64,000 nucleotides of DNA from positions 265,112,001 to 265,176,000 of the forward strand of contig OZ024743.1 in NCBI GenBank assembly GCA_964016885.1, written 5' to 3'. This stretch comes from Eledone cirrhosa (lineage: Eukaryota). Positions 1-14,509 of the stretch are shown piece by piece. Numbering within the stretch: position 1 is the stretch's first letter; every line of letters starts with the position of its first letter. The notes under the pieces were generated by a model. It did not search any database and had not been told where the DNA came from. It saw only the letters and a list, made by a program, of their open reading frames with translations. The translations under genes were made by a program, and so were the position numbers.

Positions 1-118
1 GCTATTTTAAATAAACATGTTTTAACGGTCTGTACTCCTGTATTTTACTTCTCCACGTGCTTACGCTCTGCAAATTCTCCATATTAACACTTCCAATATT
101 TAACATTGATATATGTAT

Positions 119-149
<31 letters not shown>

Positions 150-1577
150 GATACCGCGGATAGAATGATAATCATTTTCCGAATCTATGCACGAGACTCA
201 CGTTACAATGACGACTTTTAAGGCGTACATTTTATTAGCAGTAATCAAAAATATACCAGGTCTTACATGTACATTGCAGATTTCTTTGCTAAAATATTGA
301 ATAACCAAACTATTGCATATTTGTGCAATAAATTGTCACGCAGTACGAAATAGGCTGTTCCATTTCTAAGGAACATAAATAAATGCAGTGCACAACAATT
401 TATTGCTCTTAGCAAGTTATATAACTGCACAGAATATATATATATACATATACTTTGCTTTTGTATTTGTTTTGGAAATACAAAATGAAAACTTGTGTTA
501 AAACACCATATTATTGTACTTTGGGAGAGTCATGCTGCCAATAAAAACACGTGCACCTGTTTGTTTTCTCAACAATATGTATATATGTATAATTTTTAAT
601 TATTAATTAATATTATGGTTCATAGACTTATGTAACATATATTGCGATACCTGCTACTGAAACTGCAGCAATCACCAACGCTGGTTCTCTTTGTCTTCGC
701 ACACTCTACTGATGGGATTCAAATAGTTTCGACAAGGTGACGAAATACTTAAGGGAAGCAAATCCTCTTTACGACGCCGTAAATCACTGCCTAACCAATC
801 AAACAAAATTATAAAACTTAATCAACCACATATCAACACTTGACAGCAGTGGACAGGATTTGACAAACATCTAGAAGAAAACGACATCTTTTTTCACATC
901 AAACTCATCGTAACGTGACTAAAATCGGAGAATGTATAATAACGCCAAGATACTTACACCGGGAAACGGCAAGAATAAAACACCAAAGCAATTCCCAAAT
1001 GCTGAGCTCTACCAGAAAATGTGAATGGTGAGAGTATTGAGGACAAGATTGCAGGCATACTACTCTACGGTTTCTTGAATCCAGATGAAACATTTGCTGC
1101 TTTAGAATATTGTTACGATAGAGAGAAAATGCACACAATGTTTCGTGAAAAAATCCTGCTTCAATATTCGCCCACTTATAGTAAAATTAACGCAAGCAGC
1201 CGAGGATGTTTTGCCACCCTCCATATTCCCTAGACATCTCTGAGAGATGATCTCTCCTAACCATAGCAGCAATAGAAGAAGCCATTACACATTTTATCGA
1301 CACCAGGGATTCTGAATTATATAGGAAGCGTAAAAATACGCATGCTTAACCGGAAAGCTTTTCCTTGGATGCTAAATCAAATGGCCATATCGATTCTTAA
1401 ATCTGAATTAAATCCACCGCTAGCCTAAAATATTAAAACAATTCGATTATTAAACTTATTTTCATCACATTTCTTTGCTGAAATATTTGTTGATTTGGAA
1501 TTCATTTAACATGAATCACTCTGGTTCTCTTTTCAATGGAAATTTTCTAAAATGTAATTAAATTGCATTACTAGTAC

Positions 1578-1765
1578 TGGTGAATTGGCAGTATCGGTAG
1601 AGGGTCAGACACCATGCATTCTAGCATAGTTATGTCCCTTTATGATCTGAGTTCAAATCCCGCCGAGGTTAACTTTGCCTTTCATCCTTACGGGGTCGAT
1701 AAAATAAAGTACCAGTAATCTACTGGATAATTGCTGGCCTTGTGTCAAAAAGTAGAAACAATTAC
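1578..1765 (+). mobile_element. tRNA-derived SINE (main family of this window)
   Basis: A-box-like TGGCAGTATCGGTAGAG, B-box GAGTTCAAATCC, core CTTTGCCTTTCATCCTTACGGGGTCGATAAAATAAAGTACCAGT (Deu/Nin-domain-like) and AACAATTATT tail. About 20 homologous copies occur in the window. Confidence 0.85.
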
Positions 1766-1903
1766 TAGTTCTCCATTACTCTTAGGTGATTCTTAAGACA
1801 TTACATTTAATAAAATATTTATATATACGTTCAATGTGTTGTGCTGTGTCGATCACTAGAATATTTCCTAATGTAAGCCCTTTGTCGTCTATAAAGAAAA
1901 CAT

Positions 1904-2360
1904 TGGTGAATTGGCAGTATCTGTAGAGGGTCGGACGCCAGGCTTTCTAGCATAGCTACGTCCCTTTACAGTCTGAGTTCAAATCCCGCCGAGGTTAACC
2001 TTGCCTTTCATACTTACGGGGTCGATAAAATAAAGTACCAGTAGTGTACTGTGTAATTGCTGGCCTTGTGCCTAAAGTAGAAACAATTATTATCATTATT
2101 ATTTGTAATAAATCCCGCCAAGGTTAACTTTGCCTTTCATCCTTACGGGGTCGATAAAATAAAGTACCAGTAGTGTACTGTGTAATTGCTGGCCTTGTGC
2201 CTAAAGTAGAAACAATTATTATCATTATTATTTGTAATAAATCCCGCCAAGGTTAACTTTGCCTTTCATCCTTACGGGGTCGATAAAATAAAGTACCAGT
2301 AATGTACTGGATAATTGCTGGCCTTGTGCCTAAAGTAGAAACAATTATTAATTGTAATAA
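1904..2360 (+). mobile_element. SINE followed by two tandem ~130-bp copies of its 3' half
   Basis: Full copy 1904-2095, then AAATCCCGCC...AGAAACAATTATT repeated at ~2110 and ~2240. Confidence 0.85.
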
Positions 2361-3009
2361 AGAAACTACGAAATTAGGGTTTTCATTTTCCTTCAGTTTT
2401 GTTTCCATATCTTGCAGCGTGTCTTCCCAACACCCAGAGCACAGAAACTCACAGTATACATTGATAAGCCACAAAAATAAATACATCAGATTGTTGACGC
2501 CACGCACCTTACATCATTTGTTTTATACGTGTGCACACTATGCCTTTAAATTTCCCACACATGTTAGCAGGATAATGTTTGACTAATTTGAAAAGCAAGT
2601 ACACCTGAATTTTTCTTAGCGCGAATCAGATCTTCCCGTTCCGCAAAATAAAGTAATTAAATTTCATTTATTCTTTCTCTATACAAACATCTAAAACTCA
2701 AGTGAACGTTTATAAGTGTTACCGTTAAGCCCTTCTATTTTTAAAAGCCAACATTTGCTCGTAATTTTCTCGGAATATTTATATCAACGACCACCGTTTG
2801 ATATATCTTACTTCCAAAAGAGGTGAAAGCAGACATTTTTTTCTTCGACTTTTAATATGCGCAAATAAGTAATTACTCGACGGGATTTTATATACTATAT
2901 ATAAATATACAACTTTTATCGAATCCTCACTGGATGTTGGCCTTTGAATGTATCTACGGTATATATATATGTGTGTATATATCTAGGGCGGGTAAAATTC
3001 CAGAGATTA

Positions 3010-3029
3010 TACATATATATATATACATA

Positions 3030-3084
<55 letters not shown>

Positions 3085-3103
3085 CGAGATTATATATATA
3101 TAC

Positions 3104-3151
<48 letters not shown>

Positions 3152-3154
3152 TAG

Positions 3155-3205
<51 letters not shown>

Positions 3206-3226
3206 CGAGATTATATATATATACAT

Positions 3227-3258
<32 letters not shown>

Positions 3259-3281
3259 TAGATTATTTATATATATATATG

Positions 3282-3320
<39 letters not shown>
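3010..3320. repeat. (TA)n compound microsatellite
   Basis: Read directly from the sequence. Confidence 0.95.
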
Positions 3321-3324
<4 letters not shown>

Positions 3325-3987
3325 GACGTAAAATAAGAACATTTTTTAAAAAAATTTAAAAAATTAACTTACCTACTAAAATTTTCACTCCAACTAATTA
3401 CTTCCTGTAATGGGATAAAGACAGTTACGTAATATAACCGTCGAGAATTCATTACGTCATCAGGGAGTCTATTCTCAGCTAAGTCTCCAGGCAATGCGCG
3501 GACACTGGGGACTCATATAAAAATAATAATAATTCGGTAGATGGAACAGCTAGCGGGGACTAAATTTCCATGCACTGAAAAGCACGCTGTCTCTGGTCAA
3601 ATGGCAGATTCTAAAGAATCAATCACGTGACACTGAGGTTAGTCGGAAGGAGTGGGATGGTAAGATGACAGAAGCCTACTACCACACCAATGAATTAGTA
3701 GTGGTTTTGGCAGGTTTGCTCAACAAATAAATAATTTGGAGATAAATATAGAGAATTTAGTATATCTACTAACATATGCGTACAGATGTACACTAATGCT
3801 AGCAAATACATAAGTTATGTCATAGTACCTAGGTGGTTCAATGCAGGAGGATGCAGAACAATAATATGAAAGACGTAAAATAAGAAAATTTAAAAAAAAA
3901 ATTAAAAAAATTAACTTACTTACTAAAATTGTCACTCCAACTAATTAGTTTCTGTAATGGGATAAAGACAGTTACGTAATATAACCG

Positions 3988-3988
<1 letters not shown>
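3321..3988 (-). mobile_element. Non-coding 547-bp monomer with terminal redundancy (retrozyme-like/PLE-derived), homologous to 24223-24938
   Basis: GAAAGACGTAAAATAAGAA at 3321 and 3868, flanked by (TA)n. The minus strand has CTGATGA plus a cgtaat/attacg stem at ~3420-3465 (decayed HHR-like). Confidence 0.6.
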
Positions 3989-4045
<57 letters not shown>

Positions 4046-4665
4046 CAGAGAGAGAAATAAGGAAAGATGAAGAGAGAAAGAAGTTGAAATATAGAAATGT
4101 TGACAAATTATTGGGTTATAAGACATAACTTTCGACAATATATTATAAATTAGTTAATCTTTGTACGATGCTGAAACCCCAGAGGGTTTAATACCTCCCT
4201 ACCGTCGTTGATCCGATAAATTACTGGCTATGAAATGAGGTGAGTTCAATTGACTTTAACTTGCACGTTTAAATGTTTACCTTAAGCCAAGCCAAATGAA
4301 ATAGATTTTGATATAAATGTCTGATTGTTTAATGGAGAGTATTGTACAATGGTAGTTATTAAGGCCTGTTTGTGTGGTGGAGACTGTGGCGTGATTTGAG
4401 TGTTGGGAGTGGAAGCTGTTAGTTTGACAGGTGGTCGTTGTGAAGGTGGTGGTTCTTACAATGTTGTTTGGCAATGGTGTGTATGGCTTGGTGTTGGTAG
4501 TGGCTTGGTTGTGGTTTGCGTGATGCTTATGCAGTTCATTGATGGCGTTTATATTGTACTTTCTTGTTGGCTATGGTACGGTTAATGGTTTTGGTCATGG
4601 CGTGGTTCAAGCTGAGATTATGGTGTGTACTATGATGATTACGTTATGATTTTATTGATGATTAC

Positions 4666-4830
4666 GGTGGATTGGCAGTATCGGTAGAGAGTCGGACACC
4701 ACGCTTTGCAGCATACGGCCCTTTACGGTCTGAGTTCAAATCCCGCCGAGATTAACTTTGCCTTTCATTCGAAAGAATAAAGCATCAGTGACGTACTGGG
4801 GTCGATTTAATTGACTTTCCCATCACTCCA
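4666..4830 (+). mobile_element. SINE copy
   Basis: Homology to the SINE at 1578. Confidence 0.8.
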
Positions 4831-5802
4831 AATTACTATGACTTGGCTTCTTCGATGATAATATTTTTCTTTTGTCATCTTAGTATAAGTATTTGTAGTC
4901 TTACTGTCGTAGTTTAATTTGTGCTCAGTCCTGCCAAAAGACACAAGTCATGCCTATTCCGCATGTATTGTGCTATATTATTCTTTCATTTTTCAATCGG
5001 AAGATAATATACCCGTTATGTTGCCTAGTCATAGAAGATGATGTTGTTTTGGGAATTTAGCGCCAGGTTAAATCTATTGGCAAAAGGCTTTCCACTCGTG
5101 ATCAACATATCCTGTTTTAATTCCAGGCAGTGTAACTAGAATTACATGCAGTCGTATCCTCGATAGGTTTTACATATATACATACAAACACTATAGTACA
5201 AATTCGCCAGCTATGCCAACATGACAATTGAATAGGTAGCGTATTTTCGATGGTTCGTACATGCGTGTTTGTACCAGTAAATTCTGGTAGAAACCCATCA
5301 TTTAAAACCGATTTCGTTCAGAATACGGAACGAGAGGGATAGAGAGGAAGAATCGAACGAGTACTGAACTGGTACTTTTTTTATCAACTTCAAAATGATG
5401 AACATAGAGCGCAGATATTCGAAACAAATATTGTAAATCATTCAATCTGACGTTCTAACGACACTGCCAATTTAATGCTTTGGTTAATACATATATACCT
5501 ACAAAAAACAGTAGTGTGATATGGAGATGGGGGGGGGGGGACTGCTATTTGTATCAAATCAAATGATTGCATTGAGATCAACTCATATAATGGTGGTGAT
5601 GGTGTGGTGAGAATGGAGGCGCTTATATTATGTTCTTATTGATTATCCACGGTTCAACTCTCATTAAGGCGATCAATGTTGAACACCATTCAAAATTTGG
5701 ATGCTCCGTTTAATTCTCCTATATGCAATTAAACCCTGATCCTATAATATTGTTATTATTGGGATATTATTTGTGTACTGTTATTATTTGGAGAGGTGTG
5801 GC

Positions 5803-6245
5803 GGGTAGATTGGTAGAATCTGTAGAGTGTCGGAAAACATGCTTTGTGACATATGATTACGCTCGTTAACGTTCAGAGTTCAAATCTAGCTGGGATTGCA
5901 TTTGCCTTTCCTCCAGACCAGATCAAGAAAATAAAGTACCAGTAACACACTGGTGTCGATTTAATCGACTTTCTCCTGTCCCCCAAAAGATGGCCTTCTG
6001 CTTAAATCAAAAATCCTTATTTGCAGAGATGAGAACGGTGAATTGGTAGTATCTCTAGAGTGTCGGACAATATGTTTGGGGGCCTATAGTTACGGCCATT
6101 TATATTCGGAGTTCAAATTCCGCCGATGTTAGCCTTTCCTTTCATCATTACGGGGTCGATAAAATAAAGTATCAGTAATACATGGAGGTCAATGTAATCG
6201 ACTGTTTCCCTTCCTTTCAAATTGGTGGCCCTGTGTCAAAAGTAA
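5803..6245 (+). mobile_element. Two adjacent older SINE copies
   Basis: GAGTTCAAAT B-boxes at ~5876 and ~6109 with a diverged GCCTTTC core. Confidence 0.75.
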
Positions 6246-7589
6246 AAAAAAAGAAAAAATTATTTGGAGATGTTGCGATGTGTGGTTGTTATTGGCGGTG
6301 ACGATGTGGCTATGTGTATGTACGAATGCGTGCATATGCGTGTGTGTGTCTGTATCTTAATCCATCCAACATTACCACTCCAGCTCCTACCTTATGATAC
6401 ACCACTCCAACCTATTATCTTGTTTATCATAATGTAATCGTTATCGCTCTCAATGTTTACCCTTTCAACAAATACATAGCCACGCACATATTCACACAAA
6501 ACTCCTCTCCCATATATACATACACGTAATTATAAATACATACGTAAGCGATTACACACGTGCCTACATATTGACAAGCACACACATACACACACAAACA
6601 CACACAAACACACACATGCATACACTCATATACACAATTGATCCACACAAGCACATATACACACCAATCCACACAAACGAAACAAAGAAAAATTTAATCA
6701 TGGCTTCCATTTTCATATTCCTTCGCTTATCTGAATTGGTTATCTCACATTTACACCAAGTTATTGATCTTTAACAAATTTCCCTCAAATTAGAATGGAA
6801 TGTTTTAAAACACATATATACAACGTTGTGGTGGTGGTAGTAGAAGAAGAATTTCGTTTTTCTTGTTTTTGTGCGTGCGCTATTTTTTTTTTTACGTTTT
6901 TTTTTTTTATAGTTATTCGTTTATTAAAGTTTTGTTATGCTGGGTGTTTCTGGTGTTGATGTTATTGTTATTTTCAATGGTTTGTTCTTGTTGGTTATTT
7001 TTGTTTTCTCTTTTCTTTTTTATTTTTGTAGGATTTGTGGATTTAAATGAGTGTTATATGTTATGAAAGGTGGCTAATTGGCGAATGCGGTAGAGCAACA
7101 TATAGAATGAATTTCTGTATTTGTTCAAATACCACTAATTTCAATTTTGCCTTTCATCTTTTATGGTGTCGATAAATAAAGTACTCTAAAATTACCGGAA
7201 TCGATTAATCATGTATCTCTCCTTTTCTCTTTTCACCCACCTCTTCGATATTTCCTTTCTCCCTCTCAGGTTATTATTTATAATTGAAAGGTTAAGCCTT
7301 ATCGCATTGGGTCACGTTGATTCCACCATAGAATTTCATTAAATGTACACCTGCCCTGGAAATACTGAGTCACATACTCGGTAATTTAATGACTAGATTG
7401 TTTAGATTATTGATTAATTGAATTTTCATCTTCGAAACCGACGGAGAGTCCAACAAATATCAATTTTTATCACCTATAATACATTGGTGTGTGAACCTCA
7501 ACGTAATCATACAACCATTTAAAAACAACGACATTTTCCGTCAAACCATAATGAACAGAACTATAATAAACAGAATAAAAAGTTCAATC

Positions 7590-7730
<141 letters not shown>

Positions 7731-8859
7731 CTGTGTGCATACTTTGGGTGATTCAAATGAAAAGCCATCATTCATTGTAAAGCCGACTCACTGTGCGAGA
7801 CGTTTTGTCAAATTTAATAAGTGACAAAGAAGTGATGACTTTGTACTGACGACACGCAACAGGCCACTGTTAACGACAACATTTATCTACATATTGTTAT
7901 AACATATATGTTACAAGTAGCTACTGTTAGAGTCATATAAATGAGGTTGTTTCTCAATGTAATATGAACGATTCTCATTTCGAGTGCTTTTTCTCACATT
8001 GCAAAACTTGCTGAAAGATTACTATCTAAGTTCTATGTTTACAGCTACATGTAGCCTACTGTTGACTGTGCACTTGACGATCATTTTGTTAGTAATATAA
8101 ATATGCTCCTAAATACTTTTTTAGCAGAGCTTTATATTGTTGAAAGGTTTTAGCTGCTATTTCTAGTTATAAATATACCTTTCACGTCGCCCGAAACAAT
8201 ACTTGTGCACAGTAGTTTGTTCTTAAAACCATGTGCGATTTCGTCAGTCCCGGATTTGTATACGAAGTGTAAGTTCATATAGTTTGATTTTTAATCTCAT
8301 TAATGATTTAAAAAAATCGGATATTGAATTTCGCCATTTAATTGGTGAAACATATTCTTAAACAATAAAAGAATTTGTATGAGAGGATATAGATAATTAT
8401 TGAATGTCAGGTATTTATATTTTTGTAAAATATAAATATGCCGCCTTTTCTAATTATTTGTTCTTACATCCTTTGCAAATTATCTCCTGTTAATATTTGA
8501 TATAATTATATATGTCAATCGCTTTTTTTTTAATTATTTTATAATACATATATGGCAGAAAGTATCATTAAAAATAAACTGCAACAACAACAATGACAAC
8601 CTTAACAGCTAAAAGAATTTATAAAAACACCAACTCACTACATCAACACCGAACACCTTTTCTAAATAAATATCAAAGGTCTGTGACCGCGACAAAATCA
8701 ACAGCTACACCATAAAATTTAAAGGCAGTACATTTGATACCAACAACAAATTTTAAAGTAAGTCAGTAACAACAATTCTCTCGCAAACATCATCGCACCC
8801 ATACCTGCATAGTCTTAACTTATGCTACATCTGCTGCTGCTGTTACTACTATTACTACT

Positions 8860-9195
8860 AATAATGGTTTCTTATATAGGCACAAGGCCAGCAATTTTGG
8901 GGAGGGGAAAGTCGATTAAATCGACCCCAGTGCGTGACTGGTACCTTATTTAATCGTCCTCGTAAGGATGAAAGGCAAAGATAACCTCGGCGGGATTTGA
9001 ACTCGAACCGTAAAGAGCCGTAATTCTTTTCTGCAAAGCATGGCGTCCGACTCTCTACAGATACTGCCAATCCACCAATAATAATGGTGTCTTATATAGG
9101 CACAAGGCCAGCAATTTTGGGGAAGGGAAAGTCAATTAATCGATACCAGTGCGTAACCCTATGCTGCGAAGCATGGTGTCCGGTGCTCTATCGAT
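8860..9195 (-). mobile_element. SINE copy plus an internally deleted second copy
   Basis: Reverse complement of the SINE core (GGATGAAAGGCAAAG...GGATTTGAACTC). Confidence 0.8.
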
Positions 9196-10304
9196 AATAA
9201 TAATAATAATGGTTCCGGCAAAAAATAGTTTAATCATGACGTGTTAGATCAAGTCGAACTTAAACAACTAACCGAGGGTAGCTGGTCAGCAGCTAAACAA
9301 TAACAGATATATCATCATCATCGACAACATTAACAAAACAATATTAAGTACGTAACTGCAAAACGAGCAACAACTACAACAACAACAACAGCAGCCACGA
9401 TTACAACAGCAACATCAGCAAAACAACAACAGCATCTCTGACTCACGAACAACAACAACAGCAGCAACAAAAATAAAAACAATATAAACAGAAAGAAAAT
9501 CACCTGAACTTCATTTTACAAAAGCAGCACTATAAGCAGCAACAGAAAACAAATGATTGCAGAAACAACAACCGAAACAAAAATAAAAGAAACAACAGCA
9601 ACAAAACTACATCAAAACAACAATAATAACTACATAAACTAATACAAGAACAATAAAAAATAACAGCAACATCAAAACAACAAAAACAACAATAACGACA
9701 GCGGGAATAACGTCAAAAGAAACAACAACAATAATAACATCAGTTACTGTCATGGAATGGCAGAAAATAACGGAGTAGAAGAAACCTGTATACACTTTTT
9801 TGACCTTGTCTGTCAAACAAAACTATATGATATTTTCTGGTAGTTTATGTTATTTCCTATGAAACCCCCTACAAACAAATGATTGTCTCATTTACTCATT
9901 TTTGTTTCCTTTTTTGTTTGTGTTTACTTTAATTTTTTCTCTTCCTGGGAGAGTGTTTGTTTCCTTCCTTTCCATTCCAGTAACTTGCAATAAACTTTTT
10001 GCCTGATCAAAAATGAAACTTATATTTTGCACTACAATGTAAAGAATTAAATCAATTCCTGAGCAAGCGTAGGGCCTGCACGTTACGTTTTCAATTCACG
10101 GTTGAATTTATACCATTTCCTTTATCATTTCCAAGGCAGTCACAGGTGAGTCATTAGAGCACTGGATAGAATGTGTTGTGCAATTTGTTTGACTTCCTGC
10201 TTTCTGAATTCAAAATCTTTGAATTTCATCTGCCCAGGGCTCAGTAAATAAATTACCAGTAAATTAAAGAGATCGTGAGATCTCTCTTTGTTTCTCTCTC
10301 ACAC

Positions 10305-10383
<79 letters not shown>

Positions 10384-10410
10384 CTCTCTCTTTCTCTCTT
10401 TCTCTCTTTA
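10305..10410. repeat. (CTTT)n microsatellite
   Basis: Read directly from the sequence. Confidence 0.95.
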
Positions 10411-11585
10411 TCTTTTTCTTTTTCCATTTCCTCCTAACCCTCGCACAAAATATTTCACGTCTACACACATGCATACACACATACTCTCCCTCCCCTCCTC
10501 CCTCTTTCTCTTTCCCTCTTTGAACCGGCTATATTAAAGGGGTAAAATAAGCACCATGTGTATGTCATTCTCAGCAAACCTTTAAGCATTATACGTGGAC
10601 TAACTTAGCAAATAGGCTTCATTCAAGGAGATAAGGCAACGGAGTATCATCCACCTGATTGCTAGAATTTACTGAAAATAGCAGGCAATTTTCCTCAGCA
10701 TCCTACCTTATATTTCTATAAAACAATGGTATAATATGGGACAAGTTACACAGTATCTAAAGAGAAAATGATGGCATTCCTCCTTCATCAACGCAATCAG
10801 TAACACATTCAGCAACGGACACACCATGGTAGAAATACTTCCAAACTCTCTCCTGAAATAATATTCTGTTCCAGTAAATGTAAATTTATTTTAATTCGTG
10901 TCTCACTAAAGGCGAAATAATGGGATTTATGACAAGTAAAAGGAGAAGAAAACTTTCTTTAAATGTTAAAAAATTAGAAAGAGTATAGAAAACTATTGCT
11001 TACCGTTTTATATCTATCATACATTTATATTACAAAATTATAAATTACGCACTGTTCAAGCATTAAATTATATTCTTAAATATTGCTGGTGCAAGTTGGC
11101 AATTGATAGGTTGAAAGCCATCTTAAAAATGGAATTAAAAACATTATATTTCAATGATATAAGCCTAGTTATGTTTTGTTTGAATATAAAAAGATATGAT
11201 CTCTGGCACATGTGCAATCACAGGCCTGCTTGATATGAATTTCACAATTTCCTCCCAAACCGTTCACGATACAGAAATATGGATTTAAGCGTAGGCGGTT
11301 GGGTTCTATTAACATATTGATTAATCAGATATGATGCCCGAAATGTATTTGACCTAGCGTCGATGGCGTCATCAAAATATAATATTTGGCATAGAGGATT
11401 TTATTACAAAATTCAAATAAAACACTTAACTGTTACCTATTGCCGAGGACTGGATCTTTGATTGCCTTTAGTTTTCCAAACGACTAACCTTTGAATCAAT
11501 AGCCAGGGAGTAATACTTTAAAGCATTTCCTTGACACATCAATTTTGGAGAATTCACTCATGGATATTTATATCCTTCAACGATA

Positions 11586-11647
<62 letters not shown>

Positions 11648-12133
11648 GCAAATCTTTTATTTGTTAATGTAGAAATGACGATCACAACCAATCCTAAGAA
11701 TTCTGGTTGAATATGTATCTTTACTTCACTTCTGCAAAATGGAAGAAACACATGTTTAGTTAAAACACGTCAGAGATTTACAATCTCTGACGTGTTTTTT
11801 GCACCAGATATTGCCTCCTACACTTGCAAACTCGACGATTGTTCACTTATACACTTTCACTGGCAGAGAACGCTAATTTATCCTTATCGAGCCCTCTTTA
11901 GATTTTAGTCTTCACATGTATTATTATTACTATTATAGTAAAAGAATGAAGAGTAACAAGGTTGGCTGTGCAACAAGGGGCTTTATTTCAGGTATCAACA
12001 ATTGTTTCCTTGATCAGATGAGTCTAGAGGCCGCTAATCGCTCGAAGTTGCATCACTCGATCTCCATTACATTATTTACCTCTGACAAAATCCTATATAT
12101 ATATATTAAAATAACAGATTAAAGTTTAAGCGA

Positions 12134-12172
12134 AGAATCGCTGCTTTCACCCTTAACGGGATCTTCTGAAAC
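12134..12172 (-). ncRNA. Degenerate hammerhead-like motif in pseudo-LTR (mirror copy ~15175-15212 +)
   Basis: CAGAAGA tccc-gttaa-gggt GAAA. Stem II is nearly identical to the HHR at 41668, but U4 is changed and stem I does not pair. Confidence 0.35.
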
Positions 12173-12759
12173 TAACAAAGTCAATCTGTGAACGCAGAAG
12201 TGAATAATTCAAAAAACGTTACAACCGGAGGAAGACAGGAAGACGATACATTGGTTCATGGAAACGTTCCCTGGCAAAGAACGGGAAAAAAACGAATATA
12301 ATACGTAATTAGTTGGAGCGGTGAAAAACAATTACACGCAAAGACAAAACCATGTTTATGGTATAAAAGAAGTCGTAGACTAATATTCTATTAGGTGGTT
12401 CATGGAGACGTTCTCTGGCAATGAACGGAAAAAACGAAGATAATACCTTATATGTGAAGCGGGGAGAACAATTGCACGCGAAGACGTAAATGGTATAACT
12501 AAAGTCATAGACTAAAATTCTAACTAGGAAACCGAATGATTCTTGGCTTCAGAGTTAAGAATAAAGTAAATAAAATACAGAGGTAATTGAAATTAAATAA
12601 ATACATACAAGCATCCATATACGTACATACACAAGCATACGCGAAAACACTCGCCATAGGTATACAAATACACGCACGTACACAGAAAAAAAACAAAAAC
12701 AAAACCCCGCACGCATACGAATGTATACACCAAATACACATAAAAATTAATATTTAAAA

Positions 12760-12794
<35 letters not shown>

Positions 12795-13185
12795 CGTGTA
12801 TACATATAATTAAATAAACGTATATAAATAAATAAATACGTATATAACAAGCGCACACACATACCTACATGTAAATACGCATATGTTCGGAGACGTACGT
12901 CAACCAAAACACAAAGTACACATATACACACACCCTACATACGTACGAACCCGCATACTCACACAGACGCAAAACTCACGTATACACATAAAGAAAAGCA
13001 TATGTAGCAGAATATATAATATATACGCCATAACATATACAATCAAATATACGTACAAGAAAGTATACGTACCTTCACAAAACATACAGGTAATATATAC
13101 TTACCTATACAAATAAGTAATGGTATAAACATAACATTTACTTAGCTAACACATCAAGACGTAAAATATCCGCGTATTGTTCGTA

Positions 13186-14410
13186 CTATCCGTTAGGGTA
13201 TAATGTGGAGCTGTAATACAGGAATGTTTTGTGCAATTTACAAGCCGAAATTGCCTCAGATTTTTTGTTTAAGATGTGGTCTTTGGCGTAGAGTATTTCC
13301 AGGGCCTCAGCGGCACAGAGGTCACATGGTCTTTTATTTCCGTTATACGATCTAGCCCTAGCTAGGATCTCCCAGTGTAACTTATATTGGGTGTGGTTGT
13401 CGTTTAGACACCAGATATGAGCTGAAAGTGACGTTATATTCCTTCTTAAAGGGTAACGAAAAGAATGGGTATCCATGTAAAGACGCTACATGAATCTATT
13501 GGCGGTTAACCCTATGTAGACCCTACGGGACGTGGGTGTTTCAACCATTCATTTGTAGACAATGTTACTAGAGAGGCATTTCCCGGATAGGGAGCATTCA
13601 ACCCGATTACTACAATTACTGTTGGTACTAACTACAGGGTTGCACGTGTTCCTACGGCTAGGTAGTTTAGCTAAATTTGAAGCTGTGATGTTATGTGCAA
13701 GGTTAGGAGTCATAGAGTAAGAAATTTTAATAGTATTTCTACTAAAAATGTTACTATATTTATGTGTAGGGGGAAAATGCTTCATAATAAGGGAGAGAAA
13801 GATCTTAGCTAATGGTGTGGCCACCTCCATATTATATGGTGGGATATACCATATAATGCGTCGGGATCTAATTCTTCTAGGTCTATTCTCGTACTCTGTA
13901 ATATGCTACCTTATCGACAAATCCACTCCGAGCAAGAGCTTCATTGTAATATGTGGAATGATCGTTTAAAATATGCTCGTTAGTAGACAGACGGGAAAGC
14001 CTCAAAGAAACGTTTCTTACCAGGTTCTTGGTAATGCTTACTTATGTAATTAAGCGCATCATTCGGCTTTCTATAAGGGTAATGCAAGCCATTCGATAAA
14101 TTGAGGGTAACGTAGAGGTAATTAACGACCGAGAGGTTGGTCTCAACCTGTATGGAGAGGTTGAAGCCTTTAAAGAAGTCTGTGAGATCTTTTCTGAACC
14201 TGTCGCAAGCATATGGGCCGCACTTAGTCTTGGTCAAAATACCATCATCACGGTACAAACCAGCGCCCAGGCTGGGGAATTCTTTCTTGATAGAGAGAAG
14301 AAGGAAAAGACCGATAAGATCAGTAACCTCCGCAAAATCGCTGGCGCCCATACTCACGTCGAATGGGGTACTATTAGATTTGTTAATCCAAATAGAGTCG
14401 TCGAAATTAT
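13186..14410 (-). pseudogene. PLE reverse transcriptase + GIY-YIG endonuclease, frameshifted
   Basis: MGASDFAEVTDLIGLFLL, GLYRDDG, KHFPPTHKYSNIFSRNTIKISYS, RPCDLCAAE spread across three frames. Confidence 0.85.
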
Positions 14411-14478
14411 ATGCGCTTGTTATATACGTATTTATTTATTTATATACGTTTATTTAATTATATCTATACACGCACACG

Positions 14479-14509
<31 letters not shown>

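Noticed and set aside
1578-1680. tRNA gene-like A/B boxes
   Set aside because: These are SINE heads and do not form a complete cloverleaf.
11993-12022. Minus-strand CTGATCA ag GAAA caattg TT
   Set aside because: No stem II, G8 lost and stem I out of register.
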